Position numbers and translations under genes: made by a program. Below the pieces are notes generated by a model that worked only from the letters and a program-made list of their open reading frames with translations, was not told where the DNA came from and did not search any database. Below, one piece after another: positions 20,250-29,728 of a stretch of DNA of 64,000 nt. Source of the DNA: Calditrichia bacterium (GTDB lineage Bacteria; Calditrichota; Calditrichia; RBG-13-44-9; J075). The DNA lies in assembly GCA_050633245.1 (NCBI GenBank), contig JBOEGD010000011.1, positions 396,985 through 460,984 of the forward strand, in the 5' to 3' direction. Numbering within the stretch: the stretch's first letter is position 1; each line of letters begins with the position of its first letter.

Positions 20250-21720
20250 GATAGCGCTTAGAATCATGCGCACATGCCGTGAAATGGGAATTGCTACAGT
20301 TGCAGTGTTTTCAGAACCCGATCGCCTTTCCCCGCATGTTCTTTTTGCTGACGAGGCCTATTGTATAGGACCTGCCGCTGCTTCGGAAAGTTATTTAAGA
20401 ATGGATAAGCTAATCGACTGTGCCAAATTATGTGGCGCAGATGCGATTCATCCCGGTTATGGCTTTCTTTCAGAAAACGCAGCGTTCTCAAAGGCCGTAA
20501 GCGACGCGAATCTTATATTTGTCGGCCCACGCCCCCATACGATTTCGGCGATGGGGAGCAAAACAGAATCCCGCAAAATGATGATTGCTGCCGGTGTTCC
20601 TGTTGTTCCCGGTGCAAAGGGAGCCGTCGATTCACTGGATGAGGCAAAAGAGGTTGTCGCCTCAATTGGTGGATATCCGGCACTTATTAAAGCTGCTGCC
20701 GGAGGTGGTGGTAAGGGAATGCGCATTGTACATGCCGAGGAAGAGCTCGAAAGAGCACTTCAGGCTGCACGCGGGGAAGCTGCGAAAGCTTTTGGCGATG
20801 ATACCGTTTACGTCGAGAAATATCTTCAAGCTCCAAAACATATCGAAATACAAGTTATAGCAGACACCCATGGCAATGTCGTTCATCTGTGGGAACGCGA
20901 TTGCTCTATTCAACGTAGACATCAGAAGGTCATTGAAGAATGTCCTTCCCCGACCCTTAGTGATAGCCAACGACAACACCTTGGAAACATAGCAGTGCAA
21001 GCTGCAAAAGCCTGTGATTATATAAATGCCGGTACCGTTGAGTTTATTTATGACGGTAAAGAAAATTTCTATTTCCTTGAAATGAATACGCGCCTGCAGG
21101 TAGAGCATCCGGTAACTGAAATGGTGATGGGTGTAGATCTTGTCAGACTACAGTTGGAGGTTGCCGCAGGAGGCGTGTTACCTTTTAAACAGGATGAGCT
21201 CTCTCCGCGCGGTCATGCTATTGAGTGTCGAATAAACGCTGAAAATGTTTTTCAAAATTTTGTCCCGTCTACCGGAAAGATTTCGCATCTATCCTTGCCA
21301 AACGGTCCGGGAATACGTGTGGATAGCGGTGTAGATCAGCACTCTGAAGTGACCCCCTTCTACGATCCAATGATCGCAAAAATGATCGTTTATGCAGGCA
21401 ATCGCGATGATGCAATTGCCAGAATGCTTCGTGCTCTCCAGGAGTTCAGCATTTCCGGCATCGAGACGACCGTGCCATTTTGCCTGCGCACCCTTGCACA
21501 TCCAGAGTTCGTCGGTGGAAATTTTACTACAAAATTTATTGAGACCTATTGGGAAGATATGCAGCAGCAGGCACCTTCCAGTAACGATGAAATTGCTATT
21601 GCCACTGTGTTGACCCAGAAAAAGTCCGATTCCTCTACACAGTTTACATCTAGTAAAACCAGCGGTGCACAAGCATCCCGGTGGCAAATGCGAGCAACTC
21701 CAGGTTGGAGAAACCAATGA
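20212..21720 (+). CDS. accC: Biotin carboxylase subunit (acetyl/propionyl-CoA carboxylase type)
   Basis: KILIANRGEIA, HPGYGFLSEN, GGGGKGMR, ERDCSIQRRHQK, EMNTRLQVEHPVTE, YDPMIAK; start ATG 20212. Confidence 0.93.
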   Translation: MKISKILIANRGEIALRIMRTCREMGIATVAVFSEPDRLSPHVLFADEAYCIGPAAASESYLRMDKLIDCAKLCGADAIHPGYGFLSENAAFSKAVSDANLIFVGPRPHTISAMGSKTESRKMMIAAGVPVVPGAKGAVDSLDEAKEVVASIGGYPALIKAAAGGGGKGMRIVHAEEELERALQAARGEAAKAFGDDTVYVEKYLQAPKHIEIQVIADTHGNVVHLWERDCSIQRRHQKVIEECPSPTLSDSQRQHLGNIAVQAAKACDYINAGTVEFIYDGKENFYFLEMNTRLQVEHPVTEMVMGVDLVRLQLEVAAGGVLPFKQDELSPRGHAIECRINAENVFQNFVPSTGKISHLSLPNGPGIRVDSGVDQHSEVTPFYDPMIAKMIVYAGNRDDAIARMLRALQEFSISGIETTVPFCLRTLAHPEFVGGNFTTKFIETYWEDMQQQAPSSNDEIAIATVLTQKKSDSSTQFTSSKTSGAQASRWQMRATPGWRNQ

Positions 21721-22232
21721 GATACTACCTGCGCCGAGAAGAAGAATTTCTTCCAATAGAGCTTAGCGAAAATGGTAACGGCTATACCGTTATTATCGAC
21801 AATCAGAAGATGGATGTCGATGTTCGCCACATATCAGGTAATCGATACTCTGCGCTGGTTAACGGAAAATCCCATGTTTTATATTCCGAGCTGCATACCC
21901 AACAGAAAGCGCTGATTACGAATCATATTCGAACAGAATTAAGGCTTTTAAACGAACGCCAGAAGCTTGAAGCAGAACTATTTGGCGATTCAAACGAAAA
22001 CGTCGGCAGGGGAGAGGTAAGAGCTCCGATGCCTGGCATGATTCTTCGCGTCGAGGTTCTTGAAGGTGATAAAGTTGAGGCGGGACAACCGATATTGGTA
22101 ATGGAAGCAATGAAGATGGAGAACGAGATAAAAGCGGAAACTATGGGAGTCGTTACCGCGATTAAAATTGAAGCCGGTCAGGCAGTAGAGAAAGACGATT
22201 TGCTACTGTCCATCGGCGAAGATGAAGGCTAG
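21717..22232 (+). CDS. accB: Biotin carboxyl carrier protein with N-terminal extension
   Basis: APMPG and EAMKME biotinylation motif; ATGA overlap with the accC stop. Confidence 0.9.
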   Translation: MRYYLRREEEFLPIELSENGNGYTVIIDNQKMDVDVRHISGNRYSALVNGKSHVLYSELHTQQKALITNHIRTELRLLNERQKLEAELFGDSNENVGRGEVRAPMPGMILRVEVLEGDKVEAGQPILVMEAMKMENEIKAETMGVVTAIKIEAGQAVEKDDLLLSIGEDEG

Positions 22233-22252
22233 TTTGTGAGAGAAAGCTGCGA

Positions 22253-23422
22253 ATGAGGGGAAATCAATTGTTGTGTTGTAGCGGCTGGTTCGTAAGAGGC
22301 AGCCTATTGCTCGTGCTGAGTGCGATATTATTTCTATCTTGTGGAAGTGGCGTTAACGCCCAACGAGAAAACGCAATAAAATCTGCACAGAAGGCGGTGC
22401 TTGCCAACCCCGGCAATACCAACGCTGTTCGCGAGTTGGGCATATTGTATTATGAGGCTGGTGAATTTCAAAAATCTCGGGCCCTGCTACAGAAGGTATT
22501 GACAAACACATCGGACGATCTCCGCTGTCGTTCGTATCTGGGATTAACCTACGAAGCACTGAATATGACTGACAAAGCACTGGATTTGTATACCGCTCCC
22601 GTTCTACAGAGTTCACCCTATGGGAATTGGTTGTTGGGAAGACAGAAAATCCTGAAAAGACAGCAGGCTCACGGAATCCTACGGTCTCGCATAGAAGAAG
22701 TAAAGATTGAAGAAACATCACTTAGCAACCAGAGTATCGTTGTGGCGCCGGTAACGTATCATGGCAAAAAGAGCAAATATGAGAGTCTTTCAACTGGAAT
22801 AACTGCATTGTTCACACATGCACTTGGCAAATTGAATGCAGTAACTGTCGCCGATCATTTTGAGGTTGAACTCACTTCTTCCATTATCCAGGCACAATCC
22901 GATTCGGATTTAAGAGAAAAACCGCTCTCTATTATGGGAGAGGTCTTTTCAAGCGCCACGCTGGTAAAATGTAATTACAATATCGTAGACGATCGCCAGA
23001 TCGTTCTGGATGTTGCCTATTGGAATCTCAATAAGGAAGGATTACCAACAGCAAAAACCTACCTGGCTCCGCTGGATGGTGGGCTTGCTGTAATCAGGCA
23101 GGATGTGGTTGCCGATCTTCGCACTTTTATTGCTCATTCAGAAGGTGAGCCGTTCTTTCAGGCTCGTATAGACAAGGATGCCTTTACTTACTTTTGCAGT
23201 GGAATTATAAACAATCTCGACAGCAATTTTGAAAAGAGTCAAAACGCTTTCGACAAAGCTCTTGAGAACAATCCACAATTTGAACTCTGTGCATTTTTTC
23301 GCGACCAGAATCAGCTTATGCTCGATGCGAGTAAAACACCACGAGAATTGGGACTTCTGCCTGAAGCAGCCTCAGCTTCCCTGAATGGTATTCAAGACCA
23401 TACGTTTAATCTGCGGCAGTGA
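22253..23422 (+). CDS. TPR lipoprotein with CsgG/TolB-N-like domain
   Basis: Lipobox FLSC; TPRs (LGILYYEAG, YLGLTYEALN...KAL); IVVAPV...LSTGITALFTHAL segment. Confidence 0.65.
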   Translation: MRGNQLLCCSGWFVRGSLLLVLSAILFLSCGSGVNAQRENAIKSAQKAVLANPGNTNAVRELGILYYEAGEFQKSRALLQKVLTNTSDDLRCRSYLGLTYEALNMTDKALDLYTAPVLQSSPYGNWLLGRQKILKRQQAHGILRSRIEEVKIEETSLSNQSIVVAPVTYHGKKSKYESLSTGITALFTHALGKLNAVTVADHFEVELTSSIIQAQSDSDLREKPLSIMGEVFSSATLVKCNYNIVDDRQIVLDVAYWNLNKEGLPTAKTYLAPLDGGLAVIRQDVVADLRTFIAHSEGEPFFQARIDKDAFTYFCSGIINNLDSNFEKSQNAFDKALENNPQFELCAFFRDQNQLMLDASKTPRELGLLPEAASASLNGIQDHTFNLRQ

Positions 23423-26400
23423 TTTCCAAAGCCCTTTTTGCCACATTCCGGACAACAGGAAATATCTGTTGGTGCTAGGTTTTCCCGACGAATTATTATT
23501 GTTGCCGGCATTCCCATCTCCGAACCCGTCCAGTCGGGCTCTTCATTACCACTGTGCTCAATGCCATTACCGTCTTGCCAAAACAACGCATAATCATTGT
23601 GCATCTTATTCTTTAAAAAGGCGCTCAGCAGTTTCGAATAACTCCACCAATGTTTAATAGATTCTAAGCCTCCTATTGGTAAAAAGCGTATCAGCTTAAC
23701 CGGGAATTCATGCTGCTCCAAATCCTGAGATTCTTCCATCACTCCAAAAATTCTATTCATGCTGAACATGGTATTTTGACAGGAAATCCCCTTGAAATAA
23801 TGAATATTAATTGCCCAATCCAGATTTTCACTGTTGTCCGATTTCTGAAAGTCCTTACGGAGTAGTAAGCTATTCAAGATTATCGCCAGTTGTCCCGGCC
23901 CATTGCCTCCCTGTGAACAGCAGAAAATGCGCGCTAATGGCTGTTTGTCAACAGACAGTGTATTGGAAGAGCTTACCGGCACACTAGAGCAACATTGATA
24001 GTTACGCGCATGTCGAAGCGGCGTGGTTCTATCTGTATCAACAGGAGCTTCGCCATTCTTTAAGACATCGGAGTTGTTCGCGATAATATAGTCCTGATAA
24101 GAGGCGATACGGCATAGATTCATTCCGGGACAGGCGAGCTTTCCTTTACCGCCATCCTCTGCTTCATTTATCACTTTGTCGAATAACATTCCCTTGAACT
24201 CTGCAACGGTATTGGCCTTTCCCGCTTCGCGAACGGTCAGGCGATCTATCACTTCATTCACACCAATGCCTACAGGATCGTTTATTGCTTCCAAATGACC
24301 TTGGATGTGTCTACCCAGCGGATTGTCTGACAGGGGTGTTTCTAAAGGCGCAGGATCTACGTAATTCTTGCCATCGTTAACATATAATCGAGAAACCGCT
24401 GCCTGACCATTCTCGGACGTCTTTGATATTATTGCCTTGTCAACAGTAGAAAGAGTCGCATAGCCGGTTAGATAGAAATTACTGCTGTCCAGATCATCGA
24501 TGATATTTCGCAGATATTGAAAAGAGGGCAGCATAAAGGCTGGCTCTCCGGCAACATTTTCCGGGATTTTTGTTTTTCCAAAACGCAAATTAGCCAGCTT
24601 GGCCAGGTAATCCGCCAATGCACCGGGTCTGTTTGGCAAACAACTATTAAGTTCAAGAAATCGACCGTATTCCGGAGCAGCATCCTCATCATATTTCGAA
24701 AGCAGGCTTCGTCTCGCACTGCCGACAATTTCCTCCGTATCGGCCATAGAGTCTACAATAGAGCCGCCTTTTAACTCTCCAGTAAAATGTGAATATCTGG
24801 CATGTGTTGGATAGAACGGCGACATAGCAAGCGGTTCGCTATATAAACCCGATAATGAATCATAGTAGCGTGAATAATCGCCCAAACGATGTTTTTCATG
24901 CTTGTCGCCTTCAGTCGTCGCCAGCAAAAGAAGAGGCAGTGGTAAATTCTCCGAACTCTTCAACCTTTCCAGGCTTCGTATGCAGCGGGAAAGAATCATC
25001 GGGGCTGCGTTGTCTTCATGATTGATTATTAAGATATCAGGTTTTTGATCTAATATGCATGCTTCAATCGCAGCATTGTCACCATCATTTAGAATGCGCG
25101 TCTTTAGTTGCGGATAACTATTTTCCCGGGTTTTATCTATGGAAGCAGAGAAGCGGCCACCGGTTACGAATCCTTCCGCCCATACATGTGTAAAGGCCCC
25201 ATTGGCCTTTTCTCTTAAAGTTGGATATACAGAAACACCTGTATCCAGCAGAATGAAAGCGAAGTTGCGCTCGATTGTCTGAGACTTTGTCAGGTGATCT
25301 CCGGGGAAGTAGGCATAAATGGTTTCAAGCATGTAGTGGTTACTCTTGTTATTGCCAACAACCAATACCTTGGGCCACTTGTCTAAACGTTTAACAGCAC
25401 GCACTTTTTGCATGGCAGCCCAGAGGCGATAGCCAAGCGTATTACCCTGGCTATGCTTCGGATATACCAATACAATTTGACGATGTCTGGCCCGATAGGT
25501 TAGATACGAAATTTGGTCGCTGCGGCTAACGCAGATTATCGCACGAACATTTGCTCTGCTGGCACGATCAAAAATTTCCTGTACGCTTGCTTCATCCGGC
25601 ACCGTGCAAATGGCCAGCTTTGCTCGCTCAAAATTTACGCGGCTGCTTATTACCGGTTTGCTGGCTTCACCAAGGATGAACGGTACTAAAATTCGCTTCT
25701 CAGGGTGAATAAGTGCTCCAGTAGGATCCTTACTGATATACATTTCTTCAAGTGTGCTTACAACGCCAAACTGGCCGAGTAATTCGGAGTCGGCAGAATA
25801 GATCATATCATTGGGATTACGTTCTACAACAACGAGCTGGCTACATAATTGTTCAAGTCGGACGTCTGGTGTAACCACTTCCATCAGATGCTTCTCGGCG
25901 TCTGTGTTGAGTAATTGTCTTGCTTCTCGGCGCAGAATACGACGACCAAGACTCCCCAAACCGACAACAACCGTATGCCCTTGAATTAGTAGAAGCAAAT
26001 TTTCTACTCGCCTGTGGAAGTATTCCCCAAACGTCGAATCTGGTAACACTGCTGCCTTTGTGAGTGGACTGAACCATGCAAAGAAAACCCCCAGCGCCAG
26101 TACAACCTGATCGGCCTGAACAATAACGTTGAGCAACTCGTATTGTTTTGCCGCCACAAAAAATATGGGTGTCATAAAGAACACAGATGAAAGAATTAAC
26201 CCGCCGGGTAGCAGCACCGGGTTGCGCAAAAGCATGGCAATAGCAAAGTGCCATAAATAACGATGCGATCGAAAGATCACGCCGTGAACATCTCTTTCAT
26301 GAAAGGTGACCGAGATTAAAACGCTGCTCATCAAACGATGGCCCAGGCAAGCCCAAAGGAAAAACAGCAACGCAGAGAACAGGGAACAGCAAAACCAGGT

Positions 26401-27102
26401 AAGCATCTCCATTTGGAGCTGAAGAGGTTTATCTGCCTGACTAAACATCCGCGAGGGTTGCATGGAAAACATATCCTGACCGGCGGAGGCTAACACCCAG
26501 AGCTCTATAACCAGAACGCCGAGTAATACCATAAATAGTGAGAGTGAATCGAACCAAAGCCAACGCTCAGAATATTTGCGCGCCTGGGGGGAGGTCCCGG
26601 CTCGTATATCACGTGATGCGGTCCGCTTAAGATTAAATCCGGCAAGTACCAAATAGATAATCGAAACCGAGATTAACAGCCCCCAATAGAATTGCGATAA
26701 ATCCATAACAGGCGAATGTTCACTCAAGAACGTTGTTGCGAGATGATGCGGGAAAAACAAAAAGACCATTCCAATAAGAAGGATATTCCGAACATACATA
26801 ATGCCATTTTCAATGCGTTCAGATTCGTAAATAATCGCCAAAAAGTTGGGAACCCATAGAAGGATCTGAAAAGACAATAAGAGTAAGGCGTGTAGCAATG
26901 CAACAGAAAGCTGATGCTGCGGAAGTCCGTAGGTGAACAGAAAACGACTGAAGCTATAGCTCAACAGCGTTGTGAGAAGCACCGGCAATATGAACATAAA
27001 AAGAACAAACCGGCGCTTATCTCCACGATTTCTAAGGGGAAATTCAATACCCTTATTAAGAATCTTGCGTTTGTCTGGGACCAGATTTACTGTTTGAGGC
27101 AT
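23392..27102 (-). CDS. Large polytopic membrane protein with RCK/TrkA-N-like and ACT-like domains
   Basis: About 8 hydrophobic segments, then GHTVVVGLGSLGRRI...VVVERN...GEAS...ERAKLAICTVPDE; second KVLVVG module; LPNRPGALADYL and NGPGQLAIIL motifs; start ATG 27102 with RBS AAAGGAG. Confidence 0.75.
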   Translation of the reverse strand: MPQTVNLVPDKRKILNKGIEFPLRNRGDKRRFVLFMFILPVLLTTLLSYSFSRFLFTYGLPQHQLSVALLHALLLLSFQILLWVPNFLAIIYESERIENGIMYVRNILLIGMVFLFFPHHLATTFLSEHSPVMDLSQFYWGLLISVSIIYLVLAGFNLKRTASRDIRAGTSPQARKYSERWLWFDSLSLFMVLLGVLVIELWVLASAGQDMFSMQPSRMFSQADKPLQLQMEMLTWFCCSLFSALLFFLWACLGHRLMSSVLISVTFHERDVHGVIFRSHRYLWHFAIAMLLRNPVLLPGGLILSSVFFMTPIFFVAAKQYELLNVIVQADQVVLALGVFFAWFSPLTKAAVLPDSTFGEYFHRRVENLLLLIQGHTVVVGLGSLGRRILRREARQLLNTDAEKHLMEVVTPDVRLEQLCSQLVVVERNPNDMIYSADSELLGQFGVVSTLEEMYISKDPTGALIHPEKRILVPFILGEASKPVISSRVNFERAKLAICTVPDEASVQEIFDRASRANVRAIICVSRSDQISYLTYRARHRQIVLVYPKHSQGNTLGYRLWAAMQKVRAVKRLDKWPKVLVVGNNKSNHYMLETIYAYFPGDHLTKSQTIERNFAFILLDTGVSVYPTLREKANGAFTHVWAEGFVTGGRFSASIDKTRENSYPQLKTRILNDGDNAAIEACILDQKPDILIINHEDNAAPMILSRCIRSLERLKSSENLPLPLLLLATTEGDKHEKHRLGDYSRYYDSLSGLYSEPLAMSPFYPTHARYSHFTGELKGGSIVDSMADTEEIVGSARRSLLSKYDEDAAPEYGRFLELNSCLPNRPGALADYLAKLANLRFGKTKIPENVAGEPAFMLPSFQYLRNIIDDLDSSNFYLTGYATLSTVDKAIISKTSENGQAAVSRLYVNDGKNYVDPAPLETPLSDNPLGRHIQGHLEAINDPVGIGVNEVIDRLTVREAGKANTVAEFKGMLFDKVINEAEDGGKGKLACPGMNLCRIASYQDYIIANNSDVLKNGEAPVDTDRTTPLRHARNYQCCSSVPVSSSNTLSVDKQPLARIFCCSQGGNGPGQLAIILNSLLLRKDFQKSDNSENLDWAINIHYFKGISCQNTMFSMNRIFGVMEESQDLEQHEFPVKLIRFLPIGGLESIKHWWSYSKLLSAFLKNKMHNDYALFWQDGNGIEHSGNEEPDWTGSEMGMPATIIIRRENLAPTDISCCPECGKKGFGNHCRRLNVWS

Positions 27103-27128
27103 ACATCTCCTTTGGGAGGTCAAACAGA

Positions 27129-28106
27129 TCAGGTAGCCAGGAGGTCCTCCAAAAAAACAGCCGCCCTGGTTTCCGACCAATATTCATTTTCCGAATTCAG
27201 CTGAACAAAGCCGACGTGTCCACCATGCTCCGGTATCTCAAGAGACACATGTGGATTTGCTTCAGCTTCAACAATGGGATAGCAAGCTTGGGGGAGAAAG
27301 GGATCGTTTTGGGCATTTACGATCAGTGTTGGCACAGCAATATCGGGGATAAATTGTTTACTGCTGCATTTAGAATAATAGTCCTCTGCATCTTTGTAGC
27401 CATGCAGCGGTGCAGTATATCGATCATCGAAATCGGCTAAAGATTTAATGCTGGCGTAGTGGTAATCATTTATTTGTCCGGGCATCAGCTTCATCTTAAT
27501 ACGAACTTTTTCACGAAGTTTTAGCAAGAATCGTTTACGATAGATGTAGTTTGTGGGAAGCTGAAGCTGTTTACAGGATGCACTAAGGTCGCAGGGAACT
27601 GAAAAAACTGCACCGCCACGAACTTGAGCAGGAAGAGTTGTTCCTTGTTCACCAAGGTACTTAAGTGTGATGTTGCCACCCATACTAAAACCAGCCAGGA
27701 CAATAGAGCGATAAGAGCAGGTTTTTACAATGTGTTGAATAACGGTATGCAGATCGTCGCTGGAACCACTGTTGTAATAGCGCAACAGGCGATTGGGTTC
27801 GCCACTGCATCCTCGGCAATTCAGACCGGCGGCATCAATGCCACGTTTGTTAAAAGCCTTGGCAATTCCAAGGACATACTCACGTTCGGCGTTTCCTTCA
27901 AGGCCATGCGAAACCAGCAGCAATGAGTCACTGCCGACTCGCGACCAATCCAAGTCGACGAAATCGCCATCAGGTGTATCAATACGCTCACGTCGATAAG
28001 CGATACCATCTACCCGACGTCTAAGATTCGGGTAGATCGTTTGCATGTGTCCATTCCACAGAAAACGTGGTGGCCGATAGGTTTCAAAGACAGCAGTTAC
28101 ACTCAT
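27129..28106 (-). CDS. YheT-family alpha/beta hydrolase
   Basis: NGHMQT, DGDFVDLDW, HGLEG, GFSMGGN, NDPF, GGHVGF. Confidence 0.9.
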   Translation of the reverse strand: MSVTAVFETYRPPRFLWNGHMQTIYPNLRRRVDGIAYRRERIDTPDGDFVDLDWSRVGSDSLLLVSHGLEGNAEREYVLGIAKAFNKRGIDAAGLNCRGCSGEPNRLLRYYNSGSSDDLHTVIQHIVKTCSYRSIVLAGFSMGGNITLKYLGEQGTTLPAQVRGGAVFSVPCDLSASCKQLQLPTNYIYRKRFLLKLREKVRIKMKLMPGQINDYHYASIKSLADFDDRYTAPLHGYKDAEDYYSKCSSKQFIPDIAVPTLIVNAQNDPFLPQACYPIVEAEANPHVSLEIPEHGGHVGFVQLNSENEYWSETRAAVFLEDLLAT

Positions 28107-28120
28107 TATCGCACTGTTTT

Positions 28121-29689
28121 TTAGACTTCAAGCAGCATTCTTGCCGGATCTTCCAGTAGCTCCTTCACGCGCACTAAAAAGCTGACGGATTCTTTACCGT
28201 CAACTATTCTGTGATCATAGGAGAGGGCCAGATACATCATGGGCCTGGCAACGATTTCACCATTCACAACAACCGGTCGTTGTTCAATCTTGTGCATTCC
28301 GAGAATGGCGGATTGAGGAGCATTAATGATCGGTGTAGACATTAGCGAACCAAATATACCACCATTCGTAATGGTAAACGTTCCACCGGTCATTTCCTCG
28401 ATACTTAGCTTGCCATCACGCGCTTTTATTGCCAAATCCATAATGGTCTTTTCGATGTCGGCAAGAGAAAGTTTGTCTGCATTTCTTACAACCGGCACTA
28501 CAAGACCTCGCGGACTGGATACAGCAATCGAAACATCGCAGTAATTGTGATAAATAATATGGTTATCTTCGATGCGTCCATTAACGCTTGGCCACTCGCT
28601 GGCAGCGATACAAACGGCCCGCGTAAATAAAGACATGAAGCCGAGTTTTATACCATACTTCTCTTTAAACATCTCTTTATACTTTGCGCGGGTCTCCATA
28701 ATTCCGGTCATATCTATTTCATTGAACGTGGTAAGCATAGCAGTTTGGTTCTTCACTTCGACCAGTCGTCGCGCAATCGTTTTACGCAATGAAGACATCC
28801 GCTCTCGTTTTTCAGATCGCTCACCGACAATTTCAGCAGCAGGCGCTACCGGCGGAGTAGGGGAGGAGCTCTGTGCAGCTGGGGGAGCAGCCGGAGCACT
28901 GGATTTGGAGTCACGTGCCTTGATGGCGTCTTCCTTTAGAATTTTACCACCCGGGCCAGAGCCGGCAACCTTATCAGGATCTATCCCGGCTTCGGCAAGA
29001 ATGTTTGCCGCAACCGGTGTGACCTTTGCATGTCCTGCATCAGCCGCAGTGCCATTTGATGCAGGTGCATTCACGACAGGTTGTGTTGCCAGTGGAGCAG
29101 ATGTCGAGACACTGCCACCCGGAGTGATTTCCGCTATAGTATCGCCGATTTCCACCACATCACCCTCGGCGGCTTGCTGTTTAAGAACGCCGGCTACTTC
29201 AGCAGGGAGTTCAAAAGACGCTTTATCTGATTCAATCTCGCAGATCAGATCACCTTCGGCCACAGCTTCACCGTCTTTTTTCAGCCATTGAGCGATCGTT
29301 ACTTCAGTAATAGATTCCCCAACGGTTGGCACCGTGATAGCCAGCGGAGCTCCAACGGATTGAGTTGTTTTTGCTTTTGATTGCGGAGGCGGATCAGCTG
29401 ACTTGGCTACAGCTGGAGCAGCAATTTTCTCTTCCTTTTTAGGTGCAGGCTTGCTGCCGCCTTCTTCAATGCTACCAACGCTGGCACCTATGGCCAGAAC
29501 GTCGCCTTCTGCAGCATTTACGCGTAGAATACCGGTTGCTTCAGCAGGTAATTCAAAGGAAGCTTTGTCAGATTCAATTTCACAAATCAGATCACCTTCG
29601 TTTACGAAGTCACCGTCGTTCTTCAACCACTGGGCAATTGTTACTTCAGTTATCGATTCACCGACAGTCGGGATCTTGATATCGTACAT
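28121..29689 (-). CDS. sucB: 2-oxoglutarate dehydrogenase E2 (dihydrolipoyl succinyltransferase) with two lipoyl domains
   Basis: Two GESITE...[12 protein letters not shown] domains, E3-binding [26 protein letters not shown]. Confidence 0.97.
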   Translation of the reverse strand: MYDIKIPTVGESITEVTIAQWLKNDGDFVNEGDLICEIESDKASFELPAEATGILRVNAAEGDVLAIGASVGSIEEGGSKPAPKKEEKIAAPAVAKSADPPPQSKAKTTQSVGAPLAITVPTVGESITEVTIAQWLKKDGEAVAEGDLICEIESDKASFELPAEVAGVLKQQAAEGDVVEIGDTIAEITPGGSVSTSAPLATQPVVNAPASNGTAADAGHAKVTPVAANILAEAGIDPDKVAGSGPGGKILKEDAIKARDSKSSAPAAPPAAQSSSPTPPVAPAAEIVGERSEKRERMSSLRKTIARRLVEVKNQTAMLTTFNEIDMTGIMETRAKYKEMFKEKYGIKLGFMSLFTRAVCIAASEWPSVNGRIEDNHIIYHNYCDVSIAVSSPRGLVVPVVRNADKLSLADIEKTIMDLAIKARDGKLSIEEMTGGTFTITNGGIFGSLMSTPIINAPQSAILGMHKIEQRPVVVNGEIVARPMMYLALSYDHRIVDGKESVSFLVRVKELLEDPARMLLEV

Positions 29690-29728
29690 TCTCAGGTCCT
29701 TTCAATTCCACTTGTTGCGGAATTCGAA

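Noticed and set aside
23392-27102. Canonical potassium channel or Kef/Trk subunit
   Set aside because: No TxGYG filter or recognisable CPA2 domain; length and extra domains do not fit
28572-29291. 239-aa plus-strand ORF (and 29403-29816)
   Set aside because: Antisense shadow of sucB mirroring its repeats; no independent coding signal
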